Shown here: positions 37,902 to 47,479 of the stretch, one piece after another | Layout of the letters: every line of letters starts with the position of its first letter | Numbering within the stretch: position 1 is the stretch's first letter | DNA from: Rhodothermales bacterium | Lineage (GTDB): Bacteria; Bacteroidota; Rhodothermia; Rhodothermales; JAHQVL01 | Direction of reading: 5' to 3' | NCBI GenBank assembly: GCA_041391505.1 | Contig: JAWKNW010000004.1 | Coordinates: 292,540 to 356,539, forward strand | Length of the DNA stretch: 64,000 bases | Notes under the pieces: generated by a model | Database searches by the model: none | Told to the model about the DNA's origin: nothing | The model's input: only the letters and a program-made list of their open reading frames with translations | Program-made: the position numbers and the translations under genes

Positions 37902-38438
37902 ACGGATGGGGTTCGTGGGGTGAGGCTCAGGCAGCAAGACGCCCGGGCAGAAAGAAGGGAAGCGCTACCGAAAATAGACGCCAGCCGCTACAATGGCGAT
38001 CTTTTACATGCGCTTGACGGCGCGATGACGAAGATTTGACATTCTTAACGTTTGCCGGTCCGGGTGGTCTTGCGCACCCGGGTGATATCCTTGAAGGGAG
38101 GATGGCCAGAAAGCCGTTGGTATGCTCTGTTGAAGTGCCAGGTGCCTCCCGTCGCACGTTACCCGGAAAACGCCCAGCGCAGGGTCGATCCTTGAAGGCA
38201 GTCTGCTTTCCCAGTGCTCGCCCGGCTCCCCGGGCCGATAACAAGCTTTGTGGAATATCACAGCAGCCTCTTGCCGGTACCTCCCGCCCCGCGCGATTTT
38301 GCGTCAGGCAAGGCAGCCGACTCGGCTGGTTGCCCGGATCGCGTGTCCAGTCCGGACGATGCGTCCATCCACAGACTACCCCTACGGGCAACGCGGTATG
38401 TCCAACGCGCGGGAGCGGAGCGCCGGCCGCACAATCAC

Positions 38439-39203
38439 ATGAACAAAAAAGGGTTTGCCGCGAACGGCGTCCTGTTCGCCGTGCTGTTTGCGTTCGCCGC
38501 GAATGCCGGCGCCCAGGTGACGGACAGCTCCCGATCGGTCAGGTCCTACACCGGCCTGCTGACGGTGACCAACAAGGGCATCTCAACCATCCCGTCCTTC
38601 ACGCTCGGGAGGCCGGCGGCGACGGTCGACCTGATCGTCAGCGGAAAACGGCTGAGCTTCGAACCACAGTTCCGCGTCGCACTGGAGGATGGGAAACCGT
38701 GGTCGTTCATCTTCCGCTGGCGCTACCGCGCCATCCAGAAAAAGAAGGTCAACCTGCGCTTCGGCGCCCAGCCGGTCCTGTCGTTCCGGACGCGGACCTT
38801 CGATTCGGACGGGACCCCCGAGGATGTGATCGAGGCGCGGCGTTATCTGGCCAGCGAGATGACCTTCAACTATACCCCGGCGCCGCGCGTCACCCTCGGC
38901 ACGTATTATCTGTATTCGCACGGCATCGATCCCTCGTCGAACCGCAATACCCACTACGTGGGCCTCAACCTCGGACTGGTCAATGTCCCGGTCGCTCCCC
39001 GGCTCACCTTCAGCCTCGTTCCTCAGATCTATTATCTGCGTATCGTGGGCGACCAGGGATTCTACGTGATGTCCCGCTTCTCGCTGGACATGGCGGACTT
39101 CCCGCTGTCGCTCCAGGCCATCGTCAACAAGACGATCGACAGCGAGATCGCCGGCGACGACTTTTTGTGGAACGTGAGCCTGCTTTATGCCTTCCGGTTT
39201 TAG
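38439..39203 (+). CDS. Hypothetical small outer-membrane beta-barrel protein
   Basis: Start at MNKKGFAANGVLFAVLFAFAANAGAQ (signal peptide). Alternating-hydrophobic strand pattern and C-terminal ...LLYAFRF (aromatic terminus typical of OMPs). No family recognised. Confidence 0.6.
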   Translation: MNKKGFAANGVLFAVLFAFAANAGAQVTDSSRSVRSYTGLLTVTNKGISTIPSFTLGRPAATVDLIVSGKRLSFEPQFRVALEDGKPWSFIFRWRYRAIQKKKVNLRFGAQPVLSFRTRTFDSDGTPEDVIEARRYLASEMTFNYTPAPRVTLGTYYLYSHGIDPSSNRNTHYVGLNLGLVNVPVAPRLTFSLVPQIYYLRIVGDQGFYVMSRFSLDMADFPLSLQAIVNKTIDSEIAGDDFLWNVSLLYAFRF

Positions 39204-39307
39204 GCGCTAAGGGATGCCCGGCGAGGACGCGCCGACCCGGGGCCCGCGGTTGCATCCGCTGGACCGCATGGCTAGATTGCGAAGCGCATAGCCATCCCGC
39301 CTCCGTC

Positions 39308-41689
39308 ATGCTCTCCGTCCGTCTGCTTCTCGTTTTTCTGTCGATTGCGCTGGTGCAACCCGCCCGGGCTCAGCAACGCCGCGCTACCCAGTTCGAGGGC
39401 GCACCCGCTGCGGCCTGGATCGCGCCGCCAGATGCCGACCTCCAGGCCTTCGGTGTCTATCACTTCCGCCGCACCTTCGAACTGGCCGCGGCGCCCGCCG
39501 CGTTCATCGTCCACGTCTCGGCGGACAACCGCTACCGGCTGTTCGTGAACGGGGAGCCTGTATCTTCCGGCCCTCAGCGCTCGGATCTGATGCACTGGCG
39601 GTACGAAACGGTGGACCTCGCGCCCTATCTGCACGCCGGCTCCAACGTCATCGCCGCGCTCGTGTGGAACTGGGGTTCGCAGCGCCCGGTGGCCCAGCAC
39701 TCGTATCGGACGGGCTTCCTGCTTCAAGGGAATAGCCCCGCCGAAGCGGTGATCAATACGGACGCGACCTGGAAGGTTTTCGCCGATGCGGCCTATGCGC
39801 CGATCGCCATCGGATTTCGCGATGTGGGGGGATATTATGCGTCCCCGCCCGGCGAGGAGGTGGATGGCGCCCGGTATCCCTGGGGATGGGAAACCGCTGG
39901 ATTCGACGACACGGCCTGGCCGCAGGCGCAGGGCGGTCAGGGCTTCGGCTCCCGATTTACACAGCTACGCGGGCAGCACCCGAACGGGGAAGCAGGCGCC
40001 TGGCAGCTGACGCCGCGCACGATCCCGCCGATGGAGGAGGCGCCCGTCCGCTTCGCCCGCGTCCGCCGCGCGGAAGGCGTCGCCGCCGGCGAGGGATTTC
40101 TCACGGGCGCCGGCGATCTCGTCATTCCGCCGAATACGGAGGCCTCGCTCGTGCTCGATCAGGGGCATCTGACCAATGCCTACGCGATCCTCGAAACGAG
40201 CGCCGGCGCCGGCAGCACCATCACACTGACCTACGCCGAGTCGGGCAAGGACGAGCAGGGACGCAAGGGCAATCGCAACGAGCTCGAGGGCAAGCGCATC
40301 GCGGGAGTGCGTGACGTTTTTCATCCGGATGGGGGCGATCATCGGCGCTTCCAGACGCTCTGGTTCCGGACCTACCGCTACGTGCAACTCGACGTGAAGA
40401 CGGCCGATCAGCCGCTGCGCATCCACGACCTTCATGGCCTCTTTACCGGGTATCCGTTTGAATTGAAAGCCCGGTTCGATAGCGACCTGCCCTGGCTGGC
40501 GGACGTGTGGACCATGAACTGGCGCGGCGCCCGACTCTGTGCCTGGGAGACGTTTTTTGACACGCCCTATTACGAGCAGCTCCAGTACATCGGCGACACG
40601 CGCATCCAGGCGCTCATGACGCTCTACATGAGCGGCGACGACCGCCTCATGCGGCAGGCCATCACGCATTTTAACCTGTCGCGCATCCCCGAGGGCATCA
40701 CGAACAGCCGGTATCCCTCCGAGCTGGGTCAGTACATCCCGCCGTTCTCGCTGCTCTACGTGGCGATGGTGCACGACTACTGGATGTACCGGAGCGACGC
40801 CGACTTCGTCCGTAACCTCGTACCCGGCATCGAGAGTGTACTCGCCTGGTTCGAAGCCTATATCGACGATACCGGGATGATGGAGCCGCTGCCCTGGTGG
40901 CCTTACGTCGACTGGGCCTGGCCGGGCGGCCGGCCCCCGGGAGCCAACGACGGGCACTCGGCGATGATCACACTCCAGTACGTCTACGCCCTGCAGCGCG
41001 CCGCCGATCTGGAAGACGCGCTCGGCCTGCCGGCCGCCGCAGCACGGTACCGCACCCTCGCCGCCGACCGCATCGCCGACGTCCGCGCCCGCGCCTGGGT
41101 GGCCGAGCGCGGCCTCTTCCGCGACGCGCCGGAGTCGGACGCCTTCAGCCAACAGACCAACGTGATGGCCGTCCTGACCGACGCCGTGCCGGCCGCCGAA
41201 CAGCACGCCGTCATGGAACGCGTCCTGGCCGACACGTCGCTGACGCAATCGACCTACTATTACAGCTTCTACGTCTTTGAGGCGCTGCGCAAAGCCGGCA
41301 TGGCCGACCGCTACATCGAGCAGCTCGCCCCCTGGCAGGAGATGCTCGCGATGGGGCTCACCACCACCCCCGAAACCCCCGAGCCGACGCGGTCCGATTC
41401 GCATGCCTGGGCGGCTCACCCGAATTACGGCCTCCTGGCGACCGTGCTCGGCATCCGGCCGGCGTCGCCCGGGTTCGCGACGGTCGAGATCGCGCCGGCG
41501 CTCGGTCCCCTGAAACGGGCGGAAGGCGTCTTGCCGGTCGAGCAGGGCGACATCCGGGTGAAGCTGGAGCGCCGGGGAACGGCCGGCGTGCAGGCCGAAA
41601 TCGTCCTGCCCGACGGGCTGAGCGGCTCGTTCGTGTGGGCCGGCCAGCGAACGATGCTGCGCCCGGGCCGGCAGACGCTGTCGCTGTAA
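39308..41689 (+). CDS. GH78-like glycoside hydrolase (alpha-L-rhamnosidase N-terminal domain + six-hairpin catalytic-type domain)
   Basis: Start at MLSVRLLLVFLSIALVQPARAQ. AAWIAPPD...FRRTFELAAAPAAFIVHVSADNRYRLFVNGEPV...TVDLAPYLHAGSNVIAALVWNWG matches the rhamnosidase N-terminal domain pattern. Later comes FDTPYYEQLQYIGDTRI. The track ORF 38036..41689 is an upstream read-through artefact. Confidence 0.7.
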   Translation: MLSVRLLLVFLSIALVQPARAQQRRATQFEGAPAAAWIAPPDADLQAFGVYHFRRTFELAAAPAAFIVHVSADNRYRLFVNGEPVSSGPQRSDLMHWRYETVDLAPYLHAGSNVIAALVWNWGSQRPVAQHSYRTGFLLQGNSPAEAVINTDATWKVFADAAYAPIAIGFRDVGGYYASPPGEEVDGARYPWGWETAGFDDTAWPQAQGGQGFGSRFTQLRGQHPNGEAGAWQLTPRTIPPMEEAPVRFARVRRAEGVAAGEGFLTGAGDLVIPPNTEASLVLDQGHLTNAYAILETSAGAGSTITLTYAESGKDEQGRKGNRNELEGKRIAGVRDVFHPDGGDHRRFQTLWFRTYRYVQLDVKTADQPLRIHDLHGLFTGYPFELKARFDSDLPWLADVWTMNWRGARLCAWETFFDTPYYEQLQYIGDTRIQALMTLYMSGDDRLMRQAITHFNLSRIPEGITNSRYPSELGQYIPPFSLLYVAMVHDYWMYRSDADFVRNLVPGIESVLAWFEAYIDDTGMMEPLPWWPYVDWAWPGGRPPGANDGHSAMITLQYVYALQRAADLEDALGLPAAAARYRTLAADRIADVRARAWVAERGLFRDAPESDAFSQQTNVMAVLTDAVPAAEQHAVMERVLADTSLTQSTYYYSFYVFEALRKAGMADRYIEQLAPWQEMLAMGLTTTPETPEPTRSDSHAWAAHPNYGLLATVLGIRPASPGFATVEIAPALGPLKRAEGVLPVEQGDIRVKLERRGTAGVQAEIVLPDGLSGSFVWAGQRTMLRPGRQTLSL

Positions 41690-41741
41690 AAGCCCACCTG
41701 TTCCATCACCCGGGGCCGGCGAGACGTGCTTGTTTGTTATA

Positions 41742-41774
41742 CCGATGCGTTGTTTTTTTAATGGAACGCATCGG
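41742..41774 (+). terminator. Hairpin after the GH78-like gene (weak terminator candidate)
   Basis: CCGATGCGTT (41742-41751) is perfectly complementary to AACGCATCGG (41765-41774), with a T-rich loop, followed by ATTTAC. Confidence 0.4.
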
Positions 41775-41813
41775 ATTTACCGCTTATGTCGCCTTCACAC
41801 AATCTGAAGTCCT

Positions 41814-43103
41814 GTGAAAAAGCTCACATTGCTCCTGTATATCGCGGCGTGCTGGATGTCGATGAACAGTGCGCTCGCCACCCAACCTCCGACCGATGGC
41901 GCGTACGGGGTAGTCATTGAGGGGTATGACTGGGGGCCGGCTGTAAACAAGGTGATCTTGGCCCTTGAGGAGCCGGTTGCGTCCGTCGATTGGAGCGTCT
42001 ACAGCGTGATGGTGCGGCGTTCGTCCGACTGCGCGACCATCCCCGCGAGTCAGGTGCTCGGCAGCCGGACCGTCATCGGGGGCTATGTGTCCGATGCCCG
42101 GGGGACGCGCGTGGAAGAGGGTGACCACATCACGCTCGTGCTCGCCGTGGCGCCGAATCTGCCCATCGGTTCGCCGATCCAGTATTCCCGCGGGGAAGGC
42201 TGCAACGGCAACAGCTGGATCGACTACGCGATGACCATCCGCGATGAGACGAAGGGCATGGTCTGGAGTCGGGAAGTCAATAGGTACATGCCGCTCATCG
42301 ATCGGTTCGATCTTTCCGGTAGGTACTCGGATGGGCACGGCATCACCATGTCCTACGCCTCGTACAGTCCCCAAAACGTTCAGGGCAAGGCCCCGCTGAT
42401 CATCTGGCTGCACGGCGGCGGCGAAGGGGGCGTCGATCCCTCCATCCCCCTGATCGCCAACCGGGCGGCCAACTACGCCTCGGACGACCTCCAGGCCATC
42501 TTTGGCGGCGCTTTTGTGCTCGTGCCGCAGAGCCCGACCCGCTGGATGGACAGCGGCCAGGGCTCGACCAGCGGTCAGGTGGACGACATCTACTTCAAGG
42601 CCGTAAAGGGGCTTATCGACGACTTCATCGCGAAGCATCCGGAGGTGGACCGCAATCGCATCTATGTAGGGGGATGTTCGAACGGCGCCTACATGACCCT
42701 CAAGCTGCTCATTGAATACCCGACGTTTTTTGCCGCCGCCTTTCCCAGTGCCCTCGCGTTTCGGGACGCCTACCTCACCGATGCCCAGATAGCCCGGATA
42801 AAGAAGATCCCCATCTGGTTCATCCAGTCAAAAGACGACGGAACAACGGTTCCGGACGAAACGGTGGTGCCCGTGTATACCCGGTTGAAGAAGGCGGGGG
42901 CTCCGAACGTCCACTTCACGTTCTACGATCACGTCGTGGATATCACCGGTTTTTTTGGAGGTGAGGGCTACCGGTACCCGGGTCACTGGAGCTGGATCTA
43001 TTCCCACGCCAACCTGGCGCGGCAGGACTATGATGGGAGCCCCGTGATGGTGGATGGTCGGCCGGCGACGATCATGGAATGGCTGGCGGCTCAATCCCGA
43101 TAA
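41814..43103 (+). CDS. Secreted alpha/beta-hydrolase esterase (prolyl-oligopeptidase / PHB-depolymerase-like esterase fold)
   Basis: GTG start, signal peptide MKKLTLLLYIAACWMSMNSALA. PLIIWLHGGGEGG oxyanion-type motif and nucleophile elbow GGCSNGAY. Confidence 0.7.
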   Translation: MKKLTLLLYIAACWMSMNSALATQPPTDGAYGVVIEGYDWGPAVNKVILALEEPVASVDWSVYSVMVRRSSDCATIPASQVLGSRTVIGGYVSDARGTRVEEGDHITLVLAVAPNLPIGSPIQYSRGEGCNGNSWIDYAMTIRDETKGMVWSREVNRYMPLIDRFDLSGRYSDGHGITMSYASYSPQNVQGKAPLIIWLHGGGEGGVDPSIPLIANRAANYASDDLQAIFGGAFVLVPQSPTRWMDSGQGSTSGQVDDIYFKAVKGLIDDFIAKHPEVDRNRIYVGGCSNGAYMTLKLLIEYPTFFAAAFPSALAFRDAYLTDAQIARIKKIPIWFIQSKDDGTTVPDETVVPVYTRLKKAGAPNVHFTFYDHVVDITGFFGGEGYRYPGHWSWIYSHANLARQDYDGSPVMVDGRPATIMEWLAAQSR

Positions 43104-43211
43104 GCCGCATGCCGTGCTCGGGAGGCAGCCCTGGAGTACCGCGGTGCGCGCGGGCGGCTGTCACCATCCAGGCCGGGTGCCAGCAGAGACGGAGTTACGC
43201 CACAGCATAAC

Positions 43212-43246
43212 AAAAGCCCCTGAACCGAGATGGTCCAGGGGCTTTT
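43212..43246. terminator. Bidirectional terminator hairpin (serves tRNA-Leu on the minus strand; may also serve the esterase gene)
   Basis: AGCCCCTG (43215-43222) pairs with CAGGGGCT (43236-43243), flanked by AAAA on one side and TTTT on the other. It begins about 10 nt past the tRNA 3' end. Confidence 0.65.
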
Positions 43247-43255
43247 ACGTCTCGG

Positions 43256-43339
43256 TGCCCAGGGCGGGACTCGAACCCGCACGCCCTTGCGAGCACAAGA
43301 TTTTGAGTCTAGCGCGTCTACCAATTCCGCCACCCGGGC
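43256..43339 (-). tRNA. tRNA-Leu (anticodon CAA), type II with long variable arm
   Basis: Minus-strand sequence GCCCGGGTGGCGGAATTGGTAGACGCGCTAGACTCAAAATCTTGTGCTCGCAAGGGCGTGCGGGTTCGAGTCCCGCCCTGGGCA. It has a 7-bp acceptor stem, the conserved Leu-type D-arm GGCGGAATTGGTAGACGC, anticodon loop CTCAAAA and T-arm GGTTCGAGTCC. The 3' flank reads CCG, so CCA is not fully encoded. One U-U mismatch in the anticodon stem. Confidence 0.85.
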
Positions 43340-43474
43340 AGGGAGGATGGCGCTAACCCGATCTCCAGCACAACGGTTCCGTTGTGCTGGTTCAGGGGTA
43401 GCAGGTTTAATGTGCAAGGCGTGATCGAACCAGCCTTGAACATTGAACATGCTATCCTTGAACCAATCCTGCGA

Positions 43475-44605
43475 TCAGAGCACCAGCTCCAGCAGTAGCG
43501 GAAGCAGGAAGAACAGCCCCACGAGATAGAGAAAGGCGTAGACGCGGTTGGTATACGCCAGTTTGCCCATGAAATCGGCCATGCGGATCGGAATCTCGCG
43601 GATCGGCTTGATGCCGTAGATGATCCCGATCCCGAACACGTTGAACAGTACGTGGGTGAACGCCACCGTCAGGCCGGCCAGCGCGGCCACCTCGCCCGAC
43701 GCCGCCAGGGCGAGCGCCGCGAGCAGCGCCGTCACCGTCGTGCCGACGTTCGCGCCGAGGGTGTACGGGAAGATCTGACGCACCGTCAGGATGCCGGCGC
43801 CCACCAGCGGGACCACGACGGACGTCGTCACCGACGAACTCTGAACCAGCACCGTCAGCACCAGGCCGCACGCCATCGAGGCCATCGGCGAGCCGAAGAT
43901 GTACTTGTGCAGGATCTGCTCGGAACGCCCCATCATCATTTGCTTGAGCAGCACGACGAGGTAGCGCAGCGCCAGAAACAGCAACACGAGACCGACGACC
44001 AGCACGAGCCAGCCGACTTCGTTCATTAACCCGATGAGAAACCCGGTGATCGGCTTAATGACGGCCTTCAGCGGGCTCAGCAAACTGGCGCCGCCCACGC
44101 CGGCCAGACCGCTCGTCAGCATGGCCGCCGGCCGCGAGATCGCGCCGAACAGGAGTTCGAGCGGGAACAGGATGAGCACGGCCAGCAAATTGAAGAAGTC
44201 ATGCACCGTCGCGCCGGCCATGGCGCGGCGGAACTCGTCCTTGCGGGTGATGTGCCCCATCGACACGATCGTGTTCGTCACCGTCGTTCCGATGTTCGCG
44301 CCCATGATGATGGGCACGGCTCCTTCGATCGACAGCGTGCCGCTGGCCACGAGCGCAACCGTGAGGGACGTTACCGTGGAGGAACTCTGCACGAGCGACG
44401 TCGCGAGGATGCCGGTCAGCAGCGCCATGATCGGACTGGACGTCGTGCTCAGCAGCGTCTCGGCGAAGCCCTTGCCCATCAGCTTGAAGGCGTCGCTCAT
44501 CATCTCGAGGCTGACGAAGAAGAGCATCAGGATGCCGAGCAGCGCCAGGATACGGAGCGCGGTGAGCGCGCCTTGAGGCAGGGAGGAAGAGGAATCGTCC
44601 GTCAT
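43475..44605 (-). CDS. Na+/phosphate cotransporter family (Na_Pi_cotrans) membrane protein
   Basis: Start at MTDDSSSS... (upstream alternative at 44725). Duplicated GANIGTTVT / GANVGTTVTALLAAL motifs are characteristic of the NptA/YjbB-type family. Confidence 0.75.
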   Translation of the reverse strand: MTDDSSSSLPQGALTALRILALLGILMLFFVSLEMMSDAFKLMGKGFAETLLSTTSSPIMALLTGILATSLVQSSSTVTSLTVALVASGTLSIEGAVPIIMGANIGTTVTNTIVSMGHITRKDEFRRAMAGATVHDFFNLLAVLILFPLELLFGAISRPAAMLTSGLAGVGGASLLSPLKAVIKPITGFLIGLMNEVGWLVLVVGLVLLFLALRYLVVLLKQMMMGRSEQILHKYIFGSPMASMACGLVLTVLVQSSSVTTSVVVPLVGAGILTVRQIFPYTLGANVGTTVTALLAALALAASGEVAALAGLTVAFTHVLFNVFGIGIIYGIKPIREIPIRMADFMGKLAYTNRVYAFLYLVGLFFLLPLLLELVL

Positions 44606-44774
44606 ACGATTGCGTGTTTTGCCGTCTGCTGCGGGTGTCGCGGCGGTGCCGGCATCACGGGTGCTTGGTTGGGTTGCGTCAGGTCGGAAGGAGAGCCCCG
44701 AAGTTTTTCGGTCCAGGAGTTCCATCGTGGTTGTGTTGGCGTAATGGCTTCACACCGGAGTGCGAGGCCCGTGT

Positions 44775-45836
44775 TCAGGTGCCGAAATCGACGTGCACGG
44801 TCAATCGCCCGTTGACCAGCATGTCCGCGTTTGCGGCGCTGCGGGTGAACTCGAAATTGGGCATGATGTGCACGTTGGGGTTGGGGTGAAATTCAAGACC
44901 GATAATCGCGTAATCCGCATGGCTCCGGTTCGATCCGATCTCGGTCGAGAACCGGTCGTACCGCGCGACGCCGTTCCAGCGCGTAGTCAGCCGGACCAGG
45001 CCGAATACACTGAGGCCGGCGAAGACTTCGTCGCCACCGGCGTCGAACGTGATGCGGTTGTAGAATGCCTCGGCCCCGAGACGGAACCGCTCGAGGTCGA
45101 CCCCGAGAAAAACGGGGAAATTCACGCCCCGATCGAGTTCGCCCGTGTAGCCGGCGTAATCGATGCCGGCGGTCGCCACGGCGCGCCCGTCGGGCTGATG
45201 CCACTCAAGCTGGCCGTACAGGCGTTTGTCCTTGTCGCGCTCCTGGTTTACGCCTTCGTTGTCTGCAAACATCACCGCATACCGGAAGCGGCGGCTGGCT
45301 TCGAGCGGACCGCTGGCGACGATCCCGAAGTCACGGGACGACACGATGCGGTTGCGGTCCATGATCGTCGCTTCGAGGCTCCGGAAACCCCAGAAACGCT
45401 CCGATACCGTAAAGCTGGGCGGCGCGGTGACGCCGAGGGTGAGATGGTGGCCGTGCCCGAGGGCGTTGCTCCACGTGACATACAGGTCTTTGATAAACGG
45501 ACTCGGCCGTCCCTGGGCCGTCGTGGAGCTGTTCGACACCTCGACGCGCGCACGACCTGAAAAGGAATCGTCGAGCCGGTAGTCGGCGGTGAGGTAGAGG
45601 CGTCGATAGGTGAAGCCGTTGCTGCCGGCTTCTCCGGAGTCGGGCGAGGCAAGCACGTAGTTGTAGTCGATATAAGCGAGGCCGCTCAAATCGACAGGAG
45701 ACTGGGCGAACGCCGGGAAAAAGGGTGTGCGAGTCAAAAAAATGCAGGCGATCACGATCGCGAGGCGGGTCCGGTGGTGCGATCGGCGTGGCGCATGGGT
45801 GTTTCCATCTGCATGGAAACGCAGTAAGCGAAACAT
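44775..45836 (-). CDS. Outer-membrane porin (phosphate-selective OprO/P-like, tentative)
   Basis: 353 aa with a signal-like N-terminus ending ...FFPAFAQ. Beta-strand-rich Y/F/D/G composition. It lies directly upstream of, and co-oriented with, the Na/Pi cotransporter. The family call rests on context and general resemblance only. Confidence 0.55.
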   Translation of the reverse strand: MFRLLRFHADGNTHAPRRSHHRTRLAIVIACIFLTRTPFFPAFAQSPVDLSGLAYIDYNYVLASPDSGEAGSNGFTYRRLYLTADYRLDDSFSGRARVEVSNSSTTAQGRPSPFIKDLYVTWSNALGHGHHLTLGVTAPPSFTVSERFWGFRSLEATIMDRNRIVSSRDFGIVASGPLEASRRFRYAVMFADNEGVNQERDKDKRLYGQLEWHQPDGRAVATAGIDYAGYTGELDRGVNFPVFLGVDLERFRLGAEAFYNRITFDAGGDEVFAGLSVFGLVRLTTRWNGVARYDRFSTEIGSNRSHADYAIIGLEFHPNPNVHIMPNFEFTRSAANADMLVNGRLTVHVDFGT

Positions 45837-45874
45837 ACAGTTCGGTCAGATTAAGGGAGTCATATTACCAAGGT

Positions 45875-45922
45875 ATTATCTTTGTGTTACCTTAGTGTTA
45901 ACACCCTTTGTTGACCTGTTAA
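45875..45922 (-). promoter_or_regulatory. Candidate promoter with Pho-box-like direct repeats upstream of the porin-Na/Pi operon
   Basis: Plus-strand TGTTAC (45885-45890), TGTTAA (45896-45901), TGTTGA (45909-45914), TGTTAA (45917-45922); offsets 11, 13 and 8 bp (21 bp between the two TGTTAA copies). Minus-strand GATAAT (-10-like) lies at 45875-45880, about 40 bp upstream of the start codon at 45836. Confidence 0.4.
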
Positions 45923-46037
45923 TGCGCGGTGAAGACGCAAAAAGCCGTATAAATGCGGCGAGGACCCCCCGATGGAAGCGCAACGGGCTTCGTGGAGGGC
46001 CCTCGCTGGGAGCCGAACGTGGATGGGGAGCGGCGGT

Positions 46038-47402
46038 TTATTCGCTGAAATAGTGCGCGAAGCGTACGGCCGAGAGGATGCCCTGGCGATACCGGTCGAG
46101 GCCGAAATGCTCGTTGGGAGAATGGATGGAATCGTCGTCGAGCCCGAAGCCCATGAGCACCGTGTCGATGCCGAGCAATTCCTTGAAATCGGCGACGACG
46201 GGGATCGAGCCGCCCTCGCGGGTAAAGAAGGGCTCCTTGCCATAGGTGTCGGTGAGCGCCTTTGCCGCGGCCAGCATGGCCGGATGCGTGGTGTCGACGA
46301 TGACCGGCTTGCCGCCGTGCAGGTCCTTGAACGTCAGCTTCATGGTGGTAGGGACGTTCGCTTCGAAGTAGGCGCGGATTTTCTCGACGATGGCGTCCGG
46401 CTGCTGATCCGGCACCAGGCGCATCGAGATTTTCGCGCCGGCTTTCGCCGGAAGCACCGTTTTTGCGCCCTCGCCCTGGTAGCCGCCCCAGATGCCATTC
46501 ACGTCGAGCGTCGGGCGGGCCGAGATGCCTTCGAGCACCGAGTAGCCGGCCTCCGTGCGCGTGGCGGTGACGGATACGGCGTGCTTCCAGCCGGCTTCGT
46601 CGAACGGCAGCGCCGCAAACGTGGCCCGCTCCTCTGCCGTGAGGGGGCGGACGCTGTCGTAGAATCCCGGGATCGTCACCCGGTGATCGGCATCGTGGAG
46701 GCCGGCGATGAGTGACGCGAGCACGTTGATCGGGTTCTCAATGGCGCCGCCGTACATGCCCGAATGCAGGTCGCGGCTCGGGCCCGTGAGTTCGACCTGC
46801 ACATAGGCCAGGCCGCGCAATCCGTAGGTAATCGACGGGATGGCCGGCGCGAACATCGACGTGTCGGAGATCATGACGACGTCGGCTTTCAGCAAGTCCC
46901 GGTGCCGTTCGATAAACGGCCGGAGGTGCTTCGAGCCGCTTTCCTCCTCGCCCTCGATGATGAACTTGAGGTTCAGCGGCAGCCGGCCTTCGCCCTGCAG
47001 GTACGCTTCCGCCATCTTGATGTGCATAAACATCTGCCCCTTGTCGTCGCTCGACCCACGGGCATAGAGGCGACCGTCTCTGACGACGGGTTCGAACGGG
47101 GGGGAGGTCCACAGGTCCAGCGGATCGGGCGGCTGGACGTCGTAATGGCCGTACACCAGCACCGTCGGCAGCGAGGGGTCCTCGATCCGCTCGGCGAAGA
47201 CGATGGGATGGCCGCCGGTGTTCATCACCTCGACCGTGTCGAAGCCGGCCATGCGGAGGTGGTCCGCCACCGCCATCGCACACCGCCGCACCTCGCCGGT
47301 GTACGCCGGATCCGTGCTGATCGAAGGGATCCGCAGCAACGCGATCAACTCATCCACAAATCGATCAAAATGATGGGCGGCGTACTGTAGGGCGGTCTGC
47401 AT
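46038..47402 (-). CDS. M20-family metallo-dipeptidase
   Basis: 454 aa. LLRIPSIS, VLVYGHYDVQPPDP, ARGSSDDKG and FIIEGEEESGS motifs typical of M20/DapE/ArgE-type dipeptidases. Confidence 0.85.
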   Translation of the reverse strand: MQTALQYAAHHFDRFVDELIALLRIPSISTDPAYTGEVRRCAMAVADHLRMAGFDTVEVMNTGGHPIVFAERIEDPSLPTVLVYGHYDVQPPDPLDLWTSPPFEPVVRDGRLYARGSSDDKGQMFMHIKMAEAYLQGEGRLPLNLKFIIEGEEESGSKHLRPFIERHRDLLKADVVMISDTSMFAPAIPSITYGLRGLAYVQVELTGPSRDLHSGMYGGAIENPINVLASLIAGLHDADHRVTIPGFYDSVRPLTAEERATFAALPFDEAGWKHAVSVTATRTEAGYSVLEGISARPTLDVNGIWGGYQGEGAKTVLPAKAGAKISMRLVPDQQPDAIVEKIRAYFEANVPTTMKLTFKDLHGGKPVIVDTTHPAMLAAAKALTDTYGKEPFFTREGGSIPVVADFKELLGIDTVLMGFGLDDDSIHSPNEHFGLDRYRQGILSAVRFAHYFSE

Positions 47403-47479
47403 GAAAGTTTAAGGTTCGAGGTACGAAGTTCAATGAAGAGACGTCTAGGTAGTGAAAGACGCACTATCAGGGGGAAGCC

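Noticed and set aside
38036-41689. Single 1217-aa ORF reported by the track
   Set aside because: The first ~424 codons are an upstream read-through across an intergenic region and across the separately framed OM-barrel gene (38439..39203). A signal peptide and rhamnosidase-type N-terminal domain begin at the internal ATG at 39308, which is taken as the true start.
43104-43474. tRNA-Leu as the attachment site of a genomic island
   Set aside because: There is no integrase, no direct repeat of the tRNA 3' end and no phage or mobile genes on either side within the window. The flanking genes look like ordinary chromosomal functions.
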